Of a stretch of DNA of 64,000 nucleotides, positions 55,301-64,000 are shown one piece after another. Position numbers and translations under genes: made by a program. The stretch covers positions 211,854,001 to 211,918,000 of the forward strand of contig OZ024741.1 of assembly GCA_964016885.1 (NCBI GenBank), read 5' to 3'. Within the stretch, counting starts at the first letter, position 1. The number at the start of each line of letters is the position of its first letter. Source of the stretch: Eledone cirrhosa (taxonomy: Eukaryota). A model generated the notes under the pieces. It saw only the letters and a program-made list of their open reading frames with translations, searched no databases and was not told the origin of the DNA.

Positions 55301-58300
55301 TGTCATTGCTGTTGATGTTGTCATTGTTGTTGATGTTGTTATTGTTGTTGATGTTGTCATTGTTGCTGATGTTGTTATTGTTGTTGGTGTTGTCATTGTT
55401 GTTGATGATGTTATTGTTGTTGATGTTGTTATTGTTGTTGATGTTGTCATTGTTGTTGATGTTGTCATTGTTGTTGATGTTGTTATTGTTGTTGATGTTG
55501 TTATTGTTGTTGATGTTGTTATTGTTGTTGATGTTGTCATTGTTGTTGATGTTGTTATTATTGTTGATGTTGTTATTGTTGTTGATGTCATTGTTGTTGA
55601 TGTTGTTATTATTGTTGATGTTGTTATTGTTGTTGATGTTGTTATTGTTGTTGATGTTGTTATTGTTGTTGATGTTGTCATTGTTGTTGATGTTGTTATT
55701 GTTGTTGATGTTGTTATCGTTGTTGATGTTGTTATTGTTGTTGATGTTATTGTTGTTGATGTTGTTATTGTTGATGTTGTTATTGCTGTTGATGTTGTCA
55801 TTGTTGTTGATGTTGTTATTGTCGTTGATGTTGTCATTGTTGTTGATGTTGTCATTGTTGTTGATGTTTTCATTGTTGTTGATGTTGTTATTGTTGTTGA
55901 TGTTCTTATTGTTGTTGATGTTGTTATTGTTGTTGATGTTGTTATTGTTGTTGATGTTGTCATTGTTGTTGATGTTGTTATTGGTGTTGATGTTGTTATT
56001 GTTGTTGATGTTGTCATTGTTGTTGATGTTGTTATTGTTGTTGATGTTGTTATTGTTGTTGATTTTGTTATCGTCGTTGATGTTGTTATAGTTGTTGATG
56101 TTGTCATTGTTGTTGATGTTGTTATTGTTGTTGATGTTGTTATTGTTGTTGATGCTGTTATTGTTGTTGATGTTGTTATTGTTGTTGATGTTGTTATTGC
56201 TGTTGATGTTGTCATTGTTGTTGATGTTGTTATAGTCGTTGATGTTGTCATTGTTGTTGATGTTGTCATTCTTGTTGATGTTGTTATTGTTGTTGATGTT
56301 GTTATAGTCGTTGATGTTGTCATTGTTGTTGATGTTGTTATAGTCGTTGATGTTGTCATTGTTGTTGATGTTGTCATTCTTGTTGATGTTGTCATTGTTG
56401 TTGATGTTGTCATTCTTGTTGATGTTGTTATTGTTGTTGATGTTGTTATTGTTGTTGATGTTGTTATTGTTGTTGATGTTGTCATTGTTGTTGATGTTGT
56501 CATTGTTGTTCATGTTGTCATTATTGTTGATGTTGTTATTGTTGTTGATGTTGTTATTGTTGTTGATGTTGTCATTGTTGTTGATGTTTTCATTGTTGTT
56601 GATGTTGTTATTGTTGTTGATATTGTCATTGTCGTTGATGTTGTTATTGTTGTTGATGTTGTCATTGTTGTTGATGTTGTTATTGTTGTTGGTGTTGTCA
56701 TTGTTGTTGATGTTGTTATTGTTGTTGATGTTGTCATCGTTGTTGATGTTGTCATTGTTGTTGATGTTGTCATTCTTGTTGATGTTGTCATTGTTGTTGA
56801 TGTTGTCATTGTTGTTGATGTTGTTATTGTTGTTGATGTTGTCATTGTTGTTGATGTTGTTATTGTTGTTGATGTTGTTATTGTTGATGTTGTTATTGTT
56901 GTTGATGTTTTCATTGTTGTTGATGTTGATGTCGTTGTTGATGTTGTTATTGTTGATGTTGTTATTGTTGTTGATGTTGTTATTGTTGTTGATGTTTTTA
57001 TTGTTGTTGATGTTGTCATTGTTGTTGATGTTGTCATTGTTGTTGATGTTGTCATTGCTGTTGATGTTGTTATTGTTGTTGATGTTGTCATTGTTGTTGA
57101 TGTTGTTATTGTTGGTGATGTTGTTATTGTTGATGTTGTTATTGTTGTTGATGTTGTCATTGTTGTTGATGTTGTTCTTGTTGTTGATGTTGTCATTGTT
57201 GTTGATGTTGTCATTGTTGTTGATGTTGTTATTGTTGTTGATGTTGTCATTGTTGTTGATGTTGTTATTGTTGTTGATGTTGTTATTGTTGATGTTGTTA
57301 TTGTTGTTGATGTTATCATTGTTGTTGATGTTGATATCGTTGTTGATGTTGTCATTGTTGTTGATGTTGTCATTGCTGTTGATGTTGTTATTGTTGTTGA
57401 TGTTGTCATTGTTGTTGATGTTGTTATTGTTGTTGATGTTGTTATTGTTGTTGATGTTGTTATTGTTGTTGTCATTGTTGTTGATGTTGTCATTGTTGTT
57501 GGTGTTGTCATTGTTGCTGGTGTTGTCATTGTTGTTGATGTTGTTATTGTTGTTGATGTTGTCATTGTCGTTGATGTTGTTATTGTTGTTGATTTTGTTA
57601 TTGTTGTTGATGTTGTTATTGTTGTTGATGTTGTTATTGTTGTTGATGTTGTCATTGTTGTTGATGTTGTTATTGGTGTTCATGTTGTTATTGTTGTTGA
57701 TGTTGTCATTGTTGTTGATGTTGTTATTGTTGTTGATGTTGTTATTGTTGTTGATGTTGTTATCGTCGTTGATGTTGTTATTGTTGTTGATGTTGTCATT
57801 GTTGTTGATGTTTTCATTGTTGTTGATGTTGTTATTGTTGTTGATGTTGTTATTGTTGTTGGTGTTGTCATTGTTGTTGATGTTGTTATTGTTGTTGATG
57901 TTGTTATTGTTGTTGATGTTGTTATTGTTGTTGATGTTGTCATTGTTGTTGATGTTGTTATTGTTGTTGATGTTGTTATTGTTGTTGATGTTGTTATTGT
58001 TGTTGATGTTGTCATTGTTGTTGATGTTGTTATTGTTGTTGATGTTGTTATTGTTGTTGATGTTGTTATTGTTGTTGATGTTGTCATTGTTGTTGATGTT
58101 GTTATTGTTGTTGATGTTGTCATTGTTGTTGATGTTGTTGGTGTTGTCATTGTTGTTGATGTTGTTATTGTTGTTGATGTTGTTATTGTTGTTGATGTTG
58201 TCATTGTTGTTGATGTTGTCATTGTTGTTGATGTTGTTATTGTTGTTGATGTTGTCATTGTTGCTGATGTTGTTATTGTTGTTGGTGTTGTCATTGTTGT

Positions 58301-61300
58301 TGATGATGTTATTGTTGTTGATGTTGTTATTGTTGTTGATGTTGTCATTGTTGTTGATGTTGTCATTGTTGTTGATGTTGTTATTGTTGTTGATGTTGTT
58401 ATTGTTGTTGATGTTGTTATTGTTGTTGATGTTGTCATTGTTGTTGATGTTGTTATTGTTGTTGATGATGTTATTGTTGTTGATGTTGTCATTGTTGTTG
58501 ATGTTGTTATTGTTGTTGATGTTGTTATTGTTGTTGTCATTGTTGTTGATGTTGTCATTGTTGTTGGTGTTGTCATTGTTGTTGGTGTTGTCATTGTTGT
58601 TGATGTTTTCATTGTTGTTGATGTTGTTATTGTTGTTGATGTTGTTATTGTTGTTGATGTTGTCATTGTTGTTGATGTTGTTATTGTTGTTGATGTTGTT
58701 ATTGTTGTTGATGTTGTTATTGTTATTGATGTTGTTATTGTTGTTGAGGTTGTCATTGTTGTTGATGTTGTTATTGTTGTTGATGTTGTTATTGTTGTTG
58801 ATGTTGTTATTGTTGTTGTCATTGTTGTTGATGTTGTTATTGTTATTCATGTTGTTATTGTGGTTGATGTTGTTATTGTTGATGATGTTGTTATTGTTGT
58901 TGATGTTATTATTGTTGTTGATGTTGTCATTGTTGTTGATGTTGTCATTGTTGTTGATGTTTTCATTGTTGTTGATGTTGTTATTGTTGTTGATGTTGTT
59001 ATTGTTGTTGATGTTGTCATTGTTGTTGATGTTGTTATTGTTGTTGATGTTGTTATTGTTGTTGATGTTGTTATTGTTATTGATGTTGTTATTGTTGTTG
59101 AGGTTGTCATTGTTGTTGATGTTGTTATTGTTGTTGATGTTGTTATTGTTGTTGATGTTGTTATTGTTGTTGTCATTGTTGTTGATGTTGTCATTGTTGT
59201 TGGTGTTGTCATTGTTGTTGGTGTTGTCATTGTTGTTGATGTTGTTATTGTTGTTGATGTTGTCATTGTTGTTGATGTTGTTATTGTTGTTGATGTTGTT
59301 ATCGTTGTTGATGTTGTTATTGTTGTTGATGTTGTTATTGTTGTTGATGTTGTTATTGTTGATGTTGTTATTGCTGTTGATGTTGTCATTGTTGTTGATG
59401 TTGTTATTGTTGTTGATGTTGTTATTGTTGTTGATGTTGTCATTGTTGTTGATGTTGTTATTGTTGTTGATGTTGTCATTGTTGTTGATGTTGTTGGTGT
59501 TGTCATTGTTGTTGATGTTGTTATTGTTGTTGATGTTGTTATTGTTGTTGATGTTGTCATTGTTGTTGATGTTGTCATTGTTGTTGATGTTGTTATTGTT
59601 GTTGATGTTGTCATTGTTGCTGATGTTGTTATTGTTGTTGGTGTTGTCATTGTTGTTGATGATGTTATTGTTGTTGATGTTGTTATTGTTGTTGATGTTG
59701 TCATTGTTGTTGATGTTGTCATTGTTGTTGATGTTGTTATTGTTGTTGATGTTGTTATTGTTGTTGATGTTGTTATTGTTGTTGATGTTGTCATTGTTGT
59801 TGATGTTGTTATTGTTGTTGATGATGTTATTGTTGTTGATGTTGTCATTGTTGTTGATGTTGTTATTATTGTTGATGTTGTTATTGTTGTTGATGTTGTT
59901 ATTGTTGTTGATGTTGTTATTGTTATTCATGTTGTTATTGTGGTTGATGTTGTTATTGTTGATGATGTTGTTATTGTTGTTGATGTTATTATTGTTGTTG
60001 ATGTTGTTATTGTTGTTGATGTTGTCATTGTTGTTGATGTTTTCATTGTTGTTGATGTTGTTATTGTTGTTGATGTTGTTATTGTTGTTGATGTTGTCAT
60101 TGTTGTTGATGTTGTTATTGTTGTTGATGTTGTTATTGTTGTTGATGTTGTTATTGTTATTGATGTTGTTATTGTTGTTGAGGTTGTCATTGTTGTTGAT
60201 GTTGTTATTGTTGTTGATGTTGTTATTGTTGTTGATGTTGTTATTGTTGTTGTTATTGTCGTTGATGTTGTCATTGTTGTTGATGTTGTCATTGTTGTTG
60301 ATGTTGTTATTGTTGTTGATGTTCTTATTGTTGTTGATGTTCTTATTGTTGTTGATGTTGTCATTGTTGTTGATGTTGTTATTGGTGTTGATGTTGTTAT
60401 TGTTGTTGATGTTGTCATTGTTGTTGATGTTGTTATTGTTGTTGATGTTGTTATTGTTGTTGATTTTGTTATCGTAGTTGATGTTGTTATAGTTGTTGAT
60501 GTTGTCATTGTTGTTGATGTTGTTATCGTTGTTGATGTTGTTATTGTTGTTGATGCTGTTATTGTTGTTGATGTTGTTATTGTTGTTGATGTTGTTATTG
60601 TTGATGTTGTTATTGCTGTTGATGTTGTCATTGTTGTTGATGTTGTTATAGTCGTTGATGTTGTCATTGTTGTTGATGTTGTCATTCTTGTTGATGTTGT
60701 TATTGTTGTTATTGTTGTTGATGTTGTTATTGTTGTTGATGTTGTCATTGTTGTTGATGTTGTCATTGTTGTTCATGTTGTCATTATTGTTGATGTTGTT
60801 ATTGTTGTTGATGTTGTTATTGTTGTTGATGTTGTCATTGTTGTTGATGTTTTCATTGTTGTTGATGTTGTTATTGTTGTTGATGTTGTCATTGTCGTTG
60901 ATGTTGTTATTGTTGTTGACGTTGTCATTGTTGTTGATGTTGTTATTGATGTTGGTGTTGTCATTGTTGTTGATGTTGTTATTGTTGTTGATGTTGTTAT
61001 TGTTGTTGATGTTGTCATCGTTGTTGATGTTGTCATTGTCGTTGATGTTGTTATTGTTGTTGATGTTGTCATTGTTGTTGATGTTGTTATTGTTGGTGAT
61101 GTTGTTATTGTTGATGTTGTTATTGTTGTTGATGTTGTCATTGTTGTTGATGTTGTTATTGTTGATGTTGTTATTGTTGTTGATGTTGTTATTGTTGTTG
61201 ATGTTTTTATTGTTGTTGATGTTGTCATTGTTGTTGATGTTGTCATTGTTGTTGATGTTGTCATTGCTGTTGATGTTGTTATTGTTGTTGATGTTGTCAT

Positions 61301-61720
61301 TGTTGTTGATGTTGTTATTGTTGGTGATGTTGTTATTGTTGATGTTGTCATTGTTGTTGATGTTGTTATTGTTGTTGATGTTGTCATTGTCGTTGATATT
61401 GTTATTGTTGTTGATTTTGTTATTGTTGTTGATGTTGTTATTGTTGTTGATGTTGTTATTGTTGTTGATGTTGTCATTGTTGTTGATGTTGTTATTGGTG
61501 TTCATGTTGTTATTGTTGTTGATGTTGTCATTGTTGTTGATGTTGTTATTGTTGTTGATGTTGTTATTGTTGTTGATGTTGTTATCGTCGTTGATGTTGT
61601 TATTGTTGTTGATGTTGTCATTGTTGTTGATGTTTTCATTGTTGTTGATGTTGTTATTGTTGTTGATGTTGTTATTGTTGTTGGTGTTGTCATTGTTGTT
61701 GATGTTGTTATTGTTGTTGA
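46340..61720. repeat. Near-perfect tandem higher-order duplication, period 7677 bp
   Basis: Eight ORF coordinates repeat at +7677 (48670/56347, 48833/56510, 50003/57680, 51170/58847, 52250/59927, 52978/60655, 53096/60773, 53825/61502); ATTGCTATT marker 46374/54051. Differences seen at 47632/55309 and 48158/55835. Confidence 0.92.
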
Positions 61721-62043
61721 TGTTGTTATTGTTGTTGATGTTGTTATTGTTGTTGATGTTGTCATTGTTGTTGATGTTGTTATTGTTGTTGATGTTGTTA
61801 TTGTTGTTGATGTTGTTATTGTTGTTGATGTTGTCATTGTTGTTGATGTTGTTATTGTTGTTGATGTTGTTATTGTTGTTGATGTTGTTATTGTTGTTGA
61901 TGTTGTCATTGTTGTTGATGTTGTTATTGTTGTTGATGTTGTCATTGTTGTTGATGTTGTTGGTGTTGTCATTGTTGTTGATGTTGTTATTGTTGTTGAT
62001 GTTGTTATTGTTGTTGATGTTGTCATTGTTGTTGATGTTGTCA

Positions 62044-62077
<34 letters not shown>

Positions 62078-62772
62078 CATTGTTGCTGATGTTGTTATTG
62101 TTGTTGGTGTTGTCATTGTTGTTGATGATGTTATTGTTGTTGATGTTGTTATTGTTGTTGATGTTGTCATTGTTGTTGATGTTGTCATTGTTGTTGATGT
62201 TGTTATTGTTGTTGATGTTGTTATTGTTGTTGATGTTGTTATTGTTGTTGATGTTGTCACTGTTGTTGATGTTGTTATTGTTGTTGATGATGTTATTGTT
62301 GTTGATGTTGTCATTGTTGTTGATGTTGTTATTATTGTTGATGTTGTTATTGTTGTTGATGTTGTTATTGTTGTTGATGTTGTTATTGTTATTCATGTTG
62401 TTATTGTGGTTGATGTTGTTATTGTTGATGATGTTGTTATTGTTGTTGATGTTATTATTGTTGTTGATGTTGTCATTGTTGTTGATGTCATTGTTGTTGA
62501 TGTTTTCATTGTTGTTGATGTTGTTATTGTTGTTGATGTTGTTATTGTTGTTGATGTTGTCATTGTTGTTGATGTTGTTATTGTTGTTGATGTTGTTATT
62601 GTTGTTGATGTTGTTATTGTTATTGATGTTGTTATTGTTGTTGAGGTTGTCATTGTTGTTGATGTTGTTATTGTTGTTGATGTTGTTATTGTTGTTGATG
62701 TTGTTATTGTTGTTGTCATTGTTGTTGATGTTGTCATTGTTGTTGGTGTTGTCATTGTTGTTGGTGTTGTCA

Positions 62773-62806
<34 letters not shown>

Positions 62807-64000
62807 CATTGTTGTTGATGTTGTTATTGTTGTTGATGTTGTTATTGTTGTTGATGTTGTTATTGTTGTTGATGTTGTTATTGTTGTTGATGTTGTTATT
62901 GTTGATGTTGTTATTGCTGTTGATGTTGTCATTGTTGTTGATGTTGTTATTGTCGTTGATGTTGTCATTGTTGTTGATGTTGTCATTGTTGTTGATGTTG
63001 TTATTGTTGTTGATGTTCTTATTGTTGTTGATGTTGTTATTGTTGTTGATGTTGTTATTGTTGTTGATGTTGTCATTGTTGTTGATGTTGTTATTGGTGT
63101 TGATGTTGTTATTGTTGTTGATGTTGTCATTGTTGTTGATGTTGTTATTGTTGTTGATGTTGTTATTGTTGTTGATTTTGTTATCGTAGTTGATGTTGTT
63201 ATAGTTGTTGATGTTGTCATTGTTGTTGATGTTGTTATCGTTGTTGATGTTGTTATTGTTGTTGATGTTGTTATTGTTGTTGATGTTGTTATTGTTGTTG
63301 ATGTTGTTATTGTTGTTGATGTTGTCATTGTTGTTGATGTTGTTATTGTTGTTGATGTTGTCATTCTTGTTGATGTTGTCATTGTTGTTGGTGTTGTCAT
63401 TGTTGTTGATGTTGTTATTGTTTATGATATTGTAATTGTTGTTGATGTTGTCATTGTTGTTGATGTTGTTATTGTTGTTGATGTTGTTATTGTTGTTGAT
63501 GTTGTCATTGTTGTTGATGTTGTCATTGTTGTTGATGTTGTTATTGTTGTTGATGTTGTCATTGTTGTTGATGTTGTTATTGTTGTTGATGTTGTTATTG
63601 TTGTTGATGTTGTCATTGTTGTTGATGTTGTTATTATTGTTGATGTTGTTATTGTTGTTGATGTTGTTATTGTTGTTGATGTTGTTATTGTTGTTGATGT
63701 TGTTATTGTGGTTGATGGTGTTATTGTTGATGTTGTTATTGTTGTTGATGTTGTCATTGTTGTTGATGTTGTTATCGTTGTTGATGTTGTTATTGTTGAT
63801 GTTGTTATTGTTGTTGATGTTGTTATTGTTGTTGATGTTGTCATTGTTGTTGATGTTGTCATTGTTGTTGATGTTTTCATTGTTGTTGATGTTGTTATTG
63901 TTGTTGATGTTGTTATTGTTGTTGATGTTGTCATTGTTGTTGGTGTTTTCATTGTTGTCGATGTTGTTATTGTTGTTGATGTTGTTATTGTTGTTGGTTT
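61350..64000. repeat. Dispersed copy of about 19520-22174 (offset 41,826 bp), continuing past the window edge
   Basis: ORF coordinates repeat at +41826 (19676/61502, 20567/62393, 21379/63205, 21596/63422). Markers C19565/C61391 and the GGTTT variant at 22170/63996. Confidence 0.88.

Larger units (their letters stand above)
3..63998 (+). other. Apparently uninterrupted reading frame +3, (Asp-Val-Val-Ile-Val-Val)n, about 21,332 codons, open at both ends; coding status unproven
   Basis: Codons are GAT GTT GTY ATT GTT GTT. In-frame GTG (e.g. 5277, 9306) and ATG codons exist, yet the ORF track lists no +3 ORF, which fits no stop being reached. Register holds from 3 (GTT) to 63996 (GGT). The confidence is for it being a real gene; I am much more confident that the frame is open. 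Confidence 0.15.
3..63998 (-). other. Apparently uninterrupted antisense frame, (NNNNNI/NNNDNI)n Asn-rich, about 21,332 codons, open at both ends; coding status unproven
   Basis: Reverse complement of the +3 codons gives AAC AAC AAT RAC AAC ATC. A stop needs TTA, CTA or TCA as a +3 codon and I saw none. In-frame ATG occurs (CAT variant monomers) but no terminated ORF is listed in this frame. The confidence is for it being a real gene. Confidence 0.2.
1..64000. repeat. Giant tandem array (minisatellite/satellite) of the 18-bp unit GATGTTGTYATTGTTGTT, about 3,550-3,600 copies, open at both window edges
   Basis: Seen directly on every line. Two dominant monomers (GATGTTGTTATTGTTGTT and GATGTTGTCATTGTTGTT) plus recurrent single-base variants and shortened 15-, 12- and 9-bp units. 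From the consensus the + strand is roughly 60% T, 28% G, 11% A and a few % C (estimate, not a count). No inverted segment seen. Confidence 0.99.

Noticed and set aside
1-63435. Leu/Met-rich + strand ORFs (up to 5087 aa) as real membrane proteins
   Set aside because: They are frame +1 translations of the repeat, with no polar residues or domains. Their ends are set by sporadic TAG/TAA variants and their starts are repeat-internal ATG/TTG codons.
2111-63952. Dozens of Thr/Ser-rich minus-strand ORFs as a family of separate mucin genes
   Set aside because: All lie in one frame of one continuous array, with no signal peptides, intergenic DNA or promoters. Their boundaries are duplicated stop variants.
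1-64000. CRISPR array
   Set aside because: Units are directly adjacent with no unique spacers, no palindromic repeat, no leader and no cas genes.
1-64000. Canonical telomerase repeat or G-quadruplex-forming DNA
   Set aside because: There are no GGG tracts (GG occurs only in rare variants), and the multi-kb copied variant patterns do not fit templated telomerase addition.
1-64000. Embedded transposon, RNA gene, hairpin or unique insertion
   Set aside because: No non-repeat stretch was seen. The scarcity of A and C on the + strand precludes stable inverted repeats.
1-64000. Pure sequencing artefact or synthetic low-complexity sequence
   Set aside because: Nested duplications with shared rare variants and small inter-copy differences look like an evolved array. 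Local mis-assembly of copy number remains possible.
1-64000. Promoter -35 (TTGACA at about 3277, 5071 and 24130) and TTGAT-like boxes
   Set aside because: These are chance single-base variants of the repeat, with no matching -10 element or gene context.

Overview
The whole 64,000-bp window is one uninterrupted, single-orientation tandem array of an 18-bp unit, consensus GATGTTGTYATTGTTGTT (about 3,550-3,600 copies, built on a degenerate (GTT)n backbone). It runs off both ends. I see no unique sequence, ordinary gene, RNA gene, transposon or CRISPR spacer. The listed Leu/Met-rich (+1 frame) and Thr/Ser-rich (minus strand) ORFs are translations of the repeat, broken by recurrent stops. Two frames missing from the ORF track appear stop-free across the whole window: +3, (DVVIVV)n, and its exact antisense, (NNNNNI/NNNDNI)n, each about 21,332 codons. 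The 3-bp register is never lost: every length variant I saw is a multiple of 3. Rare variant monomers show nested higher-order duplications (offsets 87, about 750, about 2541, 2118, 2667, 4395, 7677, 10206, 14700, 19059, 25236 and 41826 bp) and two interleaved sub-families. The simplest reading is a very large minisatellite/satellite, possibly subtelomeric. The interior of a giant low-complexity protein gene cannot be excluded from this window. The organism cannot be identified.
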